Source: Prolixibacteraceae bacterium (lineage in GTDB: Bacteria > Bacteroidota > Bacteroidia > Bacteroidales > Prolixibacteraceae). Taken from it: a stretch of DNA of 64,000 nucleotides. The stretch covers positions 2,664 to 66,663 of the forward strand of contig JAENXA010000001.1 in NCBI GenBank assembly GCA_016649735.1. Reading direction: 5' to 3'. The notes under the pieces are model-generated. The model searched no databases. It was not told the origin of the DNA and saw only the letters and a program-made list of their open reading frames with translations. This document shows positions 26,128 to 34,692 of the stretch, piece after piece (the first letter of the stretch is position 1; every line of letters begins with the position of its first letter). The position numbers and the translations under genes were made by a program.

Positions 26128-26622
26128 TCAGGAGATATAGTGTTTCAACAACACATCAATGGCCTCAATCTTTTCTTTTAAGGATGCCCTTTCTTCAAGG
26201 AGAAGATTAACCATTTCCCCTACATTTAACCGAGGTTGTGGTTTAATTTCTTCAATAGGCTTCTCTTTATGTTGTTTTAGTACAGATTTTACCCAATGGG
26301 GTTCGATTTTATCCGGTTCTGATACGGTTTCCTTCTTTTCTGTATCAGTTTTTGCCTCTTTTAATACAGAAGGTGATTTTGTCATCAATGTTTTACCATG
26401 TTTCTGTGCATATTCAGTGATCTTCTGCCCTGAATTAATCCATGAAAGAACACGTTCCCAAAAGGTTTCGCCAATCTTATCCCAATACTTAGGATTTTTA
26501 AACCACGAGATATAACTTGGGTGCATTCCAAAGATAGCAGCCACATCTTGTGCCAGTAGATTCTCGGCTTCAATAGCCTTTACAAGTTTTTCTTTGATGT
26601 TTGTTCGTGTAATGATGTTCAT
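26128..26622 (-). CDS. helix-turn-helix DNA-binding protein
   Basis: The N-terminal LLAQDVAAIFGMHPSYISWFKN is HTH-like. The C-terminal part is coiled coil. Confidence 0.5.
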   Translation of the reverse strand: MNIITRTNIKEKLVKAIEAENLLAQDVAAIFGMHPSYISWFKNPKYWDKIGETFWERVLSWINSGQKITEYAQKHGKTLMTKSPSVLKEAKTDTEKKETVSEPDKIEPHWVKSVLKQHKEKPIEEIKPQPRLNVGEMVNLLLEERASLKEKIEAIDVLLKHYIS

Positions 26623-26630
26623 AGTAGTAA

Positions 26631-26861
26631 TTATTTTAGTAACTCCATTAGTTTCTCTTCAAGCCACTTCACGTAATCTGTATTGGGTTTATTAAATATG
26701 ATTGTACCCCGATTCCCTGCCAAATCAAATTTCTCCGCATCTGACATATCGAGTATCCACTGACCTTTTGATCGCCATACATCAAATACAACTTCTTCTT
26801 CGTCAAAAGATGTATTACTCGTTTCTGCCTTGTATTTCATTTGCAGTTCGAGTCTGTTCAT
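26631..26861 (-). CDS. hypothetical protein
   Basis: 76-aa ATG ORF. Its start overlaps the upstream stop. Confidence 0.45.
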   Translation of the reverse strand: MNRLELQMKYKAETSNTSFDEEEVVFDVWRSKGQWILDMSDAEKFDLAGNRGTIIFNKPNTDYVKWLEEKLMELLK

Positions 26862-27613
26862 TTGCTGTCCTCCATATCAGGTAGCAATATATCATCGTCC
26901 GTAGTCTCTTTTGCACCAAACTCACACCGCATCCGGCAATACTCAGAATTATAATGCAGGCAATCACGATATTTAACCGGTGCATCGCTCTCACACAGCT
27001 TTCCTTCCGGAAAATTAAGATTGGCAAATTCTCCTTTGAGTTCTTTCGCTTTAGCATCGTATAATTTAGCAGCAATAATCACATCTCTTGTAGTGCCTAA
27101 ATCATAAACCACCCCATTATGTGTAATAGATACTCCATAAGAAAGTCCCCATGTTCCTGTTTTCTTTTTAAACCATCTATGCTCACTAACTCCAAGGTAT
27201 TGAATTTTGCCACGAGGTTTAATCCAACTTCTGTTTTGATTTACAGTGCAGTTTCGTAAATTATATCTGCGGTTATTCAATCCGTCCCAATCTCTATGGT
27301 CTGTTTGCATGTCATCAGGTGTCTGCATTATCTCCCTGTGCATAATAATTGCGATTCTTTTTCCACTTTCAAGTGTTTTGTTTCTGTACGCATAGTTCGT
27401 ATCTCTACTTTTTCTAGCAAACCACTTCCATTGATTCAGCCAATCATAGTCTCCTATGTCAACTTTCGTAGATAAACCTCTTGATAACGGAATTTCTTTC
27501 CATGCCACGCTTTGGCCAGGAGCAACACCATCCACATTAACCACCGTAGGTTGCATCACAGTCATCTTTACATAACGTCCCCCTTCCTCAGCTCTGTACT
27601 TCTTCTTTTCCAT
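26858..27613 (-). CDS. HNH homing endonuclease with AP2 domain (paralog of 19036-19701)
   Basis: Motifs: HREIMQTPDDMQTDHRDWDGLNNRRYNLRNCTVNQN, then YLGVSEH...ITHNGVVYDLGTTRDVIIAAKLYDAKAKELKGEFANLNF. Confidence 0.75.
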   Translation of the reverse strand: MEKKKYRAEEGGRYVKMTVMQPTVVNVDGVAPGQSVAWKEIPLSRGLSTKVDIGDYDWLNQWKWFARKSRDTNYAYRNKTLESGKRIAIIMHREIMQTPDDMQTDHRDWDGLNNRRYNLRNCTVNQNRSWIKPRGKIQYLGVSEHRWFKKKTGTWGLSYGVSITHNGVVYDLGTTRDVIIAAKLYDAKAKELKGEFANLNFPEGKLCESDAPVKYRDCLHYNSEYCRMRCEFGAKETTDDDILLPDMEDSK

Positions 27614-27634
27614 AACTAATCGTTTTTATCAAGG

Positions 27635-27958
27635 TTAATAATCAGTTCTCTTACCTATATACTTAGCGAAATTCTCCATACCACCCTTTCCCCTTCTTAT
27701 CATGCTCTGTCCTCCCTTTTCTATATCTCCCGGGTAAACCTTTAATATTAATGTGTCGTCATTCTCATAATAACTCTTTCCCTGTCTCGTAAAGTTCCAC
27801 ATCAATGTATTATAGTCAATACCCGTTCGCTTGCTTAAAACCCTCTTATTTGTGCATCCCTTTGGAATAATGCTATTATTGCCTATCCCTATCTTCTTGT
27901 GATAGTAAATAAACAAATCCTTACCCCCTAATCTTACCTCTCTTCTCCTTATTCCCAT
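27635..27958 (-). CDS. hypothetical protein, first gene of the leftward unit (possible HTH)
   Basis: 107 aa. The VLSKRTGIDYNTLMWNFTRQG segment is HTH-like. Confidence 0.45.
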   Translation of the reverse strand: MGIRRREVRLGGKDLFIYYHKKIGIGNNSIIPKGCTNKRVLSKRTGIDYNTLMWNFTRQGKSYYENDDTLILKVYPGDIEKGGQSMIRRGKGGMENFAKYIGKRTDY

Positions 27959-28145
27959 GGCTCTTATAACTCCTTACTCCTATTCTACGTGGTAGAAATA
28001 GCACCACTTACAGTTCTTATGTGCTGTAAAGTAACAACCTATTTCTGAATATACCAAATAAATTATAGTATTTCTTACCCTAACCTAAGTGAGCGTGTCC
28101 TTGCAGTCTATATACATGTTTTCGGTCGGTCGCCAAATTCCAAAA

Positions 28146-28169
28146 CCCAAAACCCGAACCCGCCCCCCC
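28146..28169 (-). other. canonical G-quadruplex-forming motif
   Basis: The minus strand reads GGGGGGG-C-GGG-TTC-GGG-TTTT-GGG. On the plus strand this is the telomere-like run CCAAAACCCAAAACCCGAACCCGCCCCCCC. It lies in the 600-bp ORF-free divergent region. Confidence 0.6.
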
Positions 28170-28563
28170 TGGTTCTGACTCCCGGACCTTTTTATAATGC
28201 CTGGGAAGCGCGTTATTGCTTCCTGATCAGCAAATAAAGCGATTTGTAACATTGATCAATAGGGCAGGGGATAGGCTCACAATAGTACAATGCTGGTGCC
28301 TGCCTGGTCCATACAAATACATTCTATTTTACATAATATTAATTATAGGACTTATTTAGCAGTGTTTTATATGCCTTAATATGGCTGTCTGCCGTGCGTT
28401 CGCATTGCCTCATTAAATCGTGGGTTTATGCGTGCTTTTATCTGTTTATACCTCAATTATAAGCTCTAATATTATGTATAACAGTATAGTAAACGGTTTA
28501 AAAGTGTGTAATATTGTGGCTTTAAGTGGTTGGCGTTTCAATACTGACTAATAACATGTACAT

Positions 28564-29151
28564 ATGGACGAACAAACGAGTGTAACCAAGGCTAATGACC
28601 TGAATAATGGTCTTTCATTGTCTTCTCTTCCTTCTCTCTCTCCTCAGCTTAATAGCTTGTATAAGTCTTTAAATGATGATATGAGGCGTATATTTATTAA
28701 GGTGTATGGTTATTTATGGAGTGCTATTAATGGCTATTCGGTGCGGTCCTGTGGTGTGGTGTCTTATTACTGGCTATTTAACAGGATTGCGGCCTCTTCT
28801 TCTCTGTCTCCTTCTTCTTTGGTCCTGCTGTCTTATCTTTATATGATGACAAATAAAGGAAGTAAGTTAATACATTCGAGTATAGTATATAATAGTGGGG
28901 TGCTGCCAGGTGCGCTATCTATAACAGTTCAGCGTGTCACTTGGGACCTTAAGCATGCCGGATATATTACCAGGCATACAAAGGATCCAGGACAATTATA
29001 TAACCAACGGGCACAACATAACAGGCAACCGGTTTATATAAAATTATCTTCTTCAGGTGTGGCCCTGATTGAAGGCATAGAAAAGGATATAAATAAATTA
29101 CTACTTAATACCTCGTTGAATGATCTAACAGGGGTAAATAAAAAAGCCTGA
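28564..29151 (+). CDS. putative winged-helix (MarR-like) regulator with Ser-rich N-terminus
   Basis: 195 aa. ...LSYLYMMTNKGSKLIHSSIV...LKHAGYITRHT...VYIKLSSSGVALIEGI resembles a wHTH recognition helix plus wing. First gene of the rightward unit. Confidence 0.4.
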   Translation: MDEQTSVTKANDLNNGLSLSSLPSLSPQLNSLYKSLNDDMRRIFIKVYGYLWSAINGYSVRSCGVVSYYWLFNRIAASSSLSPSSLVLLSYLYMMTNKGSKLIHSSIVYNSGVLPGALSITVQRVTWDLKHAGYITRHTKDPGQLYNQRAQHNRQPVYIKLSSSGVALIEGIEKDINKLLLNTSLNDLTGVNKKA

Positions 29152-29178
29152 ACGTTGTATATTCAGGCTCTTTGTTGT
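29138..29178. terminator. bidirectional intrinsic terminator
   Basis: Stem AGCCTGAA (29145-29152) / TTCAGGCT (29162-29169). Flanked by AAAAA upstream and CTTTGTTG downstream, between convergent genes. Confidence 0.6.
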
Positions 29179-29190
29179 GGGTAATTGCTT

Positions 29191-29688
29191 TTATTTCAGT
29201 GTGCTGTCTTCCGTAAAATAATACTCATTTGCTTCGATAGTGTCAGTTATTGCCTCTTCGCTGGTCCCGTACTCATACTCCTTTGTTAATATTATCCTGT
29301 AATCTTCACAAAGAGACTTTAAAAACTCGTCTTCTATCTCTTCAATCTCTTCTTCTGGTACGTCTTCAATGTTTTCTTTCGTACTCGTGAGCTCATTAAG
29401 GCTGGTTAAAAATTCTTTTGCGGTGTCAAATGTTTCGCATTCATTGCCGTGACTTACTTTTATTAATTCTGCGGTGTCTGCTGCTGATATCATAAAATTA
29501 CCGTTTACATAACTTGCCCTATCAATGTCAAAGCCTGTTATCTTAAAGTTGATATTTTCCGCATCTTCATATGTTGATTCGAACCAGTCAGAATCCACGT
29601 TTATATCTGATAGCTTATTTATTGCATTTTCTTTTGCCTTGTCTGATAGTTCGCTGAACTGATACAGATTAATAGTTTTTGTTTTCAT
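29191..29688 (-). CDS. acidic hypothetical protein (anti-restriction / DNA-mimic candidate)
   Basis: 165 aa, strongly acidic (EDVPEEEIEEIEDEF). The N-terminal MKTKTINLYQFSELSDKAKENAI... resembles a family common on phages and conjugative elements. No function recognised. Confidence 0.5.
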   Translation of the reverse strand: MKTKTINLYQFSELSDKAKENAINKLSDINVDSDWFESTYEDAENINFKITGFDIDRASYVNGNFMISAADTAELIKVSHGNECETFDTAKEFLTSLNELTSTKENIEDVPEEEIEEIEDEFLKSLCEDYRIILTKEYEYGTSEEAITDTIEANEYYFTEDSTLK

Positions 29689-29700
29689 TGTCTCAGGTAT

Positions 29701-29934
29701 TTAATTATATATATAATCTCTTAATTCTCTTACTTGTTCTTCTTCTTCCCATTGTTCGGCTGCCCTGTCTGCGCAATCATTGCAGATATTAACATCTAAT
29801 GGCCCTATTTCCCCGTTCTCGATTAGAATGATCTCTGTTTCAGATAGTTGAAACTTTTCTTTACATATAATACAGGTCCGTGTAATAGCCTGGTGCCTGG
29901 TGTGTGTTCTGAGTGCTAAATGTGTGTTTTTCAT
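29701..29934 (-). CDS. small zinc-ribbon protein
   Basis: 77 aa with CIICKEKF...CNDCADRA (two CxxC pairs) and an acidic tail. Confidence 0.5.
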   Translation of the reverse strand: MKNTHLALRTHTRHQAITRTCIICKEKFQLSETEIILIENGEIGPLDVNICNDCADRAAEQWEEEEQVRELRDYIYN

Positions 29935-30112
29935 TGGTTTGTGTTTTTAATTAATATTACTGAGCTACAAATGTACACCTTATATATTATATAAACAAAT
30001 CTTTTTATATATTTATTTTACATTTATTTATTATTATTATTGCTTTTTATTTGTTTATGTGATATTTATAGTTTTACTTTGTACTGTTAACCAATAAAAA
30101 CACATATCAATT

Positions 30113-30502
30113 ATGACAAACTACACAGCACAAGCGGAAACATTCGCACAGAAACACGGGGTTAAACTTTCTTTTATCGGTGATCCTGAGTATAAAATAC
30201 ATTTTGCAGGAGACAAAACAGAACGGTATGTATTCAAATGTCGTTTAACTCGTGCCGGAAAGTCTTACACCTTTGACTTTGGGCAGTCTATAAAGTCAGG
30301 CGCAGAGGAACCAACATTATATGATGTTTTAACTTGCCTACAAAAATATGATGTAGGGGACTTTGAAAATTTTTGCTCTGACTTTGGTTATGATACTGAC
30401 AGCCGGACCGCTGAACGCACATATAAAGCGGTATGCAAAGAATTTGCAGCCGTTGAGCGTTTATTCTCTGATATTATTGAGGAATTGCAGGAGATACAAT
30501 AA
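30113..30502 (+). CDS. hypothetical protein
   Basis: 129-aa ATG ORF, preceded by the motif AACCAATAAAAACACA. Confidence 0.5.
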   Translation: MTNYTAQAETFAQKHGVKLSFIGDPEYKIHFAGDKTERYVFKCRLTRAGKSYTFDFGQSIKSGAEEPTLYDVLTCLQKYDVGDFENFCSDFGYDTDSRTAERTYKAVCKEFAAVERLFSDIIEELQEIQ

Positions 30503-30575
30503 ATAAAGGTTTACTGATGATTGTTAAATACATGAAAGCGGGTTAATTGCCCGCTATAAACCAATAAAAAACACA

Positions 30576-30824
30576 ATGAAAACAATTAACGAAAATTTAA
30601 CTCTTGCCGATTTTGACGCATGGAGTGGAGCAAAAGACACAAAAGAAACAATTTTGAACGCTAATAAGGGAGATGAATTTGATTCTCTTATTGAAGACCT
30701 TTACCCCGATGGGCTGACAGATACAGCCTTAAACGATATTTTATGGTTTGAAAATGACTGGCTAATGGAACAACTTGGAATATCAGAAGAAGACAACGAA
30801 GAAGAAGAAGAAACAGAAGAATAG
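30576..30824 (+). CDS. very acidic small protein (DNA-mimic candidate)
   Basis: 82 aa with about 25 Asp/Glu versus 4 Lys. The C-terminus is EEDNEEEEETEE. Preceded by AACCAATAAAAAACACA. Confidence 0.5.
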   Translation: MKTINENLTLADFDAWSGAKDTKETILNANKGDEFDSLIEDLYPDGLTDTALNDILWFENDWLMEQLGISEEDNEEEEETEE

Positions 30825-30921
30825 TTTTTATTGGTTGTGTTTGGTTATCTGGTCCCTGGGGTTGTGCCTGGGGGCCTAAACCAAATCTAGCCCAGTTTTT
30901 AAACCTTAATAATTCAATGCT

Positions 30922-31044
30922 ATGAACTTACAATATTTTTATATCGTGCCGTTGGTCCTCTTTGTTGTGATCTGTATTGTTATGATCTTCTTACCATCTG
31001 TTAAACCATTTAAAAATACGAACCATGATAAAAAGGCTTTCTAA
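30922..31044 (+). CDS. possible 40-aa single-pass membrane peptide
   Basis: MNLQYFYIVPLVLFVVICIVMIFLPSVKPFKNTNHDKKAF. Below the track cutoff. Confidence 0.3.
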   Translation: MNLQYFYIVPLVLFVVICIVMIFLPSVKPFKNTNHDKKAF

Positions 31045-31214
31045 ATCAATTTACGCCCCTTTCTTACTCATTCCCCTGTCTTGTATCTATTGGGGTGCGC
31101 TCTGGCTAATGGGCTCTCTTTTGGGCCTTATGTAGCCGGTAATGGATCAGGGCAAAGGTTTTAATATTACAATCAAATAGTTTTGAATTTTTTAAACCAT
31201 AAAAACACAGCAAA

Positions 31215-31388
31215 ATGATGAAAGAAACAGAATCTATAACCGTACAAGTCGGAACCTTTGAAGGGATGCCGATAACTGAAACTTTATCAGAAAAGGAGAT
31301 AAGAGAAGCAAGAAAAGCGGGTTTCTCTGAATCTGATTTGATAGATTTAGTAAGAGAAACACACAGAGACTGGCAAGCCGATTGTTAA
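31215..31388 (+). CDS. possible 57-aa acidic protein
   Basis: MMKETESITVQVGTFEGMPITETLSEKEIREARKAGFSESDLIDLVRETHRDWQADC. Preceded by AAACCATAAAAACACA. Confidence 0.4.
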   Translation: MMKETESITVQVGTFEGMPITETLSEKEIREARKAGFSESDLIDLVRETHRDWQADC

Positions 31389-31406
31389 ACCTAATAAAAT
31401 AAAGTT

Positions 31407-31535
31407 ATGATCTGGAAGAAAGAAATATTTTTAAGGTACGATTTTTATGGGCGTAACGTTAACCTGATTATTTGGTTTTTGATCGTTATCCCTATATGTA
31501 TTTATGTAGAAACCGACAAGCCCCATAGAAAATGA
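31407..31535 (+). CDS. possible 42-aa membrane peptide
   Basis: MIWKKEIFLRYDFYGRNVNLIIWFLIVIPICIYVETDKPHRK. Its stop overlaps the next ATG as ATGA. Confidence 0.3.
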   Translation: MIWKKEIFLRYDFYGRNVNLIIWFLIVIPICIYVETDKPHRK

Positions 31536-31777
31536 GCAACAAACTATCATACACCGCAAAAGAGATACGGGGCAAGTATATTGCTTGCTCTGTATTACTC
31601 GACCCTCCCGGACTGGGTGCCGTTCTGTATGCAGCAGGACCATATAAGGGACTGCCTGTTCTCTACAATCAAATAGAATCAGCACAAGATGACCGATTTT
31701 TCGATGATGAGTATGATCATGTTATACCTGCAATTGAATATTTTGGCAGGGTGGCCTCGAATAATTTTAAATTTTAA
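31532..31777 (+). CDS. hypothetical protein
   Basis: 81-aa ATG ORF. Confidence 0.4.
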   Translation: MSNKLSYTAKEIRGKYIACSVLLDPPGLGAVLYAAGPYKGLPVLYNQIESAQDDRFFDDEYDHVIPAIEYFGRVASNNFKF

Positions 31778-31796
31778 TAACCAAATAAAGCGAATT

Positions 31797-32114
31797 ATGA
31801 AACACACAGAAGGACAATGGATATTTAATGCAGAATGCAAAAATATTACCGATAGCGAAGGAATCACAATAGCATCGTTAGGCAATAAAAATAAAATTGG
31901 ATTTAGCAACTATGAGGCAAATGCAAAACTCATTGCAGCAGCACCTGATATGCTTGAAGCCTTAAATGAGGCAAAAAGAATGTATGAAGAATTAGAACCA
32001 GCCGGAGGATGGCAGGGCGTCTATGAACAAATTGAAGATGCAATTAAAAAACAACAGAATAATGCCACAATTCAACCTATTTGGAGAGATAGAATGCCCG
32101 GTGATGACAATTGA
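31797..32114 (+). CDS. hypothetical protein
   Basis: Start moved to ATG 31797 (MKHTEGQWIFNAEC...NYEANAKLIAAAPDMLEALNEAK...). This is a recurrent phage small-protein pattern. Confidence 0.5.
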   Translation: MKHTEGQWIFNAECKNITDSEGITIASLGNKNKIGFSNYEANAKLIAAAPDMLEALNEAKRMYEELEPAGGWQGVYEQIEDAIKKQQNNATIQPIWRDRMPGDDN

Positions 32115-32361
32115 ACCGGAATATGAGCCCGAACCTATCCCCGTGCCTGTCCCTACGCGTAAAAAGAAAGCACGTAAGGACTTTGAAATTGGGGTGTGTA
32201 TTCGTTGTGGTCAGCTACTTTTAGATGATCCTGATAACACCAGGATTAAGATTGACGAGGAACTTTGTGAGGACTGTGATACTACATTAAGAGCAAACTA
32301 TAATCAGTATAAGAACTTTGCACTGGCAAAAGCACTTAGAGCACATAAACATCTTAAATAA
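32104..32361 (+). CDS. small zinc-ribbon protein
   Basis: CIRCGQ...CEDCD. Start uncertain: ATG 32104 is used, and ATG 32062 is an alternative. Confidence 0.4.
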   Translation: MTIEPEYEPEPIPVPVPTRKKKARKDFEIGVCIRCGQLLLDDPDNTRIKIDEELCEDCDTTLRANYNQYKNFALAKALRAHKHLK

Positions 32362-32371
32362 AAACAATATT

Positions 32372-32854
32372 ATGAAAAAACTAATCTTTTTACTTTTAAT
32401 CAGCGTGTCGTTCTCAGCAATGGCACAGCGTCAGCCTTCTGCCCTCTATCTCTCACATCAACCGGTTGACTTTGGTATTGGTGTGCGTGGTGACTATTAC
32501 ATCAATGGATTCGGCTTGTATAGTTCGGTGTCTTATGGCAATTGGGGACTTTACAGACAGTTTGACATTAAACATCACGTTAAGCTCTCAACTGGTGTAT
32601 TATTGCCTCTCCCAGACTATAATGGGGGGAAATTTGATGTTACTGCAGGAATTAATTATCATCTGCTTGGCTCCGTTATGCTTGATGACTCCCCTCTTAA
32701 CCCTAAAATTTTTAACCCTTGGAGTTTTGAATTGGGGCTCACAGTTAAATTAAAGCGTTTTGCAATTGGTGTCCGTACCGATATTTTAAGGTGGGAACCC
32801 TGCGTGGACGCAGGTTTTAAACTATTTAAAGGACAATATCATGACAAAAATTGA
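32372..32854 (+). CDS. exported beta-rich (small OMP-like) protein
   Basis: Start moved to ATG 32372 (MKKLIFLLLISVSFSAMAQ signal peptide). Alternating aromatic/hydrophobic strands, with ...DAGFKLF near the C-terminus. Confidence 0.55.
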   Translation: MKKLIFLLLISVSFSAMAQRQPSALYLSHQPVDFGIGVRGDYYINGFGLYSSVSYGNWGLYRQFDIKHHVKLSTGVLLPLPDYNGGKFDVTAGINYHLLGSVMLDDSPLNPKIFNPWSFELGLTVKLKRFAIGVRTDILRWEPCVDAGFKLFKGQYHDKN

Positions 32855-33107
32855 AGAAAAACAGGAAGAACTGATTAAGGCTTTAAGTAAAATGTTAGAT
32901 TGGGATAATTACCCTACTGACAGACTTGACGAATATTATGAACTTCTATCCGAAATAGAGCAACTCAAATCACAGGAGCAGCCGGTGACGGATGAGATGA
33001 TTGAAAACTGGGCAGAGAAAATTTCATTACTTACAAGTAAATTGATGAGTTTTGAACAAGCGTTAATAGAGGGAGCAAAAGCACTCAGGGACAATAAGAT
33101 TAAATAA
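32841..33107 (+). CDS. hypothetical coiled-coil protein
   Basis: 88-aa ATG ORF. Confidence 0.45.
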   Translation: MTKIEEKQEELIKALSKMLDWDNYPTDRLDEYYELLSEIEQLKSQEQPVTDEMIENWAEKISLLTSKLMSFEQALIEGAKALRDNKIK

Positions 33108-33116
33108 AAGATAGAT

Positions 33117-33467
33117 ATGACAAAGCAAATACTTCTTCAGACACAGAACTTAAAGAGCCCGGCAATATCAGCATCTAAGCCTATCGGGTGGTGTGCTATT
33201 AACTTTGATGGCATCAGGCTCATCGTGGACGCTTATAACGGCTCTCCCTGCCATGGCTCTCCCCGTGAGGACTGTATGGTACAGGTTGTTGATGACAGGC
33301 AGGTACATGAGCTCACAGCAGAACAACTACTACAGGCAGTTAAGTTCTATAAGGCATATCACGCAATGGGTAAAGATGTGGTGTGCTATAAGAATGTATT
33401 CCATAATGTACTCCCAGACTTATACCGTAGTGCGTGTAAACAGCGCAAAAACGGTCTTAAAATTTGA
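33117..33467 (+). CDS. hypothetical protein
   Basis: 116-aa ATG ORF. Confidence 0.45.
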   Translation: MTKQILLQTQNLKSPAISASKPIGWCAINFDGIRLIVDAYNGSPCHGSPREDCMVQVVDDRQVHELTAEQLLQAVKFYKAYHAMGKDVVCYKNVFHNVLPDLYRSACKQRKNGLKI

Positions 33468-33497
33468 ATTTCACAGAAATTGTATATTTGCAAAATC

Positions 33498-33923
33498 ATG
33501 AAAGAGCAAGACGTCATATCAAAAAATAGATTAGACAGAGTATTGTGCATCTATAATGATGATGTACGGATACTTGACTTCCTTGCAGACCTTAAAGACC
33601 GGGGACCTATTCATGGCTTGGAGAAGTTCATTAAATGGGGTAATCATGAATCTGCATGCCTTCTTTATAACTGTGATGCTGACGATCTGGTGGTGCTCCT
33701 ACTCTATAAATCACCTTTTGGCTTTAACGATAAGGGCAATAACCTGATACTGTACGCACATAATAATCTTAAGGATATGATTAAGTATTTCAAAGGATGG
33801 AATGAAGCCGTGGCAGGCATAAATGAGGATGTCTATCTGGCATTAAACGACATTACCATGCTTCTACTACACGAGTGGAACGAGGCAGAGGAAAATAGTA
33901 CCCAGCTCAATTTTATGGGCTGA
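33498..33923 (+). CDS. hypothetical protein
   Basis: The track start is TTG, so ATG 33498 is used (MKEQDVISKN...). Confidence 0.45.
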   Translation: MKEQDVISKNRLDRVLCIYNDDVRILDFLADLKDRGPIHGLEKFIKWGNHESACLLYNCDADDLVVLLLYKSPFGFNDKGNNLILYAHNNLKDMIKYFKGWNEAVAGINEDVYLALNDITMLLLHEWNEAEENSTQLNFMG

Positions 33924-33928
33924 GGTCA

Positions 33929-33971
33929 GGGGAAGGGGTTTTAAGTTGTGTTTTTACCCTTTCCCTTTTTT
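33929..33971 (+). terminator. possible intrinsic terminator
   Basis: GGGGAAGGGG ... CCCTTTCCC form an imperfect stem followed by TTTTTT. Confidence 0.4.
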
Positions 33972-34001
33972 ACTTAAACACATTTCATCAAATTAAATGT
34001 A

Positions 34002-34397
34002 ATGAAAATGATTTTAATGTTTGTAATACTGATGTTCTCTGTCCCTCTGTACGCACCCTTTGAGAAGGTTGTGTATATTGAGCGTTCAGAACCGATAAAC
34101 TACTATGATCCGCTTATTAAAGCGATTGTAGACTATGAAAGTAAGGGTGATGTATTTGCCTTTAACTTTCTCGAACAAGCCGCAGGACCCATGCAGATAC
34201 GCCCCTGTCGCATTGATCACTATAATAAATTGACAGGCTCAAATTACACCCTTTCTGACTGCTTTGATATGAAGCTAAGCCGGAAAGTGTTTTTGCGCTT
34301 TACAAATGGCAAAGATTGGGAGCATGCAGCGAAAAATTGGAATGGATCCGGCCCGATGACTATTAACTACTGGAAGCAAATAAAGAAAAGACTATGA
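34002..34397 (+). CDS. lytic transglycosylase (SLT-like) with N-terminal signal/anchor
   Basis: MKMILMFVILMFSVPLYA is hydrophobic. DYESKGDVFAFN...AAGPMQIRP fits the catalytic Glu-Ser ... G(L/P)MQI SLT pattern. Confidence 0.6.
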   Translation: MKMILMFVILMFSVPLYAPFEKVVYIERSEPINYYDPLIKAIVDYESKGDVFAFNFLEQAAGPMQIRPCRIDHYNKLTGSNYTLSDCFDMKLSRKVFLRFTNGKDWEHAAKNWNGSGPMTINYWKQIKKRL

Positions 34398-34525
34398 AAA
34401 AAGAAACTACCCATGACCCTGATCCCTTTGACGGGGTGAAAGCTGTCGGATGTCTGTTTGTAGGGTCAGCCCTGCTTGCAATTGTACTATTTCTATTTGG
34501 AGAATTAATTAAATACTTGAAATAA
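34394..34525 (+). CDS. possible 43-aa single-pass membrane peptide
   Basis: MKKETTHDPDPFDGVKAVGCLFVGSALLAIVLFLFGELIKYLK. ATGA overlap with the SLT stop. Confidence 0.4.
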   Translation: MKKETTHDPDPFDGVKAVGCLFVGSALLAIVLFLFGELIKYLK

Positions 34526-34527
34526 CT

Positions 34528-34692
34528 ATGAAACTATTTTTAGCCATCCTGATGGGGATTGTCGCCATCATATTCCTGTTCCTTGCCGGCTTTGCAGAGG
34601 TGGTGGCAGTTGCTTTTGTCTATGTACTGCTCGCTGTATTGAGTATGCTCTTATCATTCTGTATTTACTTTGGTAATATGAGGCTACAGTGA
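34528..34692 (+). CDS. possible 54-aa two-pass membrane peptide
   Basis: MKLFLAILMGIVAIIFLFLAGFAEVVAVAFVYVLLAVLSMLLSFCIYFGNMRLQ. Confidence 0.45.
   Translation: MKLFLAILMGIVAIIFLFLAGFAEVVAVAFVYVLLAVLSMLLSFCIYFGNMRLQ

Noticed and set aside
26840-26860. T-loop-like string CAGTTCGAGTCTG.
   Set aside because: It lies inside the well-supported CDS 26631-26861 and has no surrounding tRNA arms.
28171-28185. Second T-arm-like element, GGTTCTGACTCCCGG, on the plus strand.
   Set aside because: The stem would contain a central mismatch (CCTGG/CCCGG) and an 8-nt loop, and no acceptor partner (AAAAGGT) exists upstream. The exact shared 9-mer could be chance at this window size. It is kept only as a note within the intergenic-region finding.
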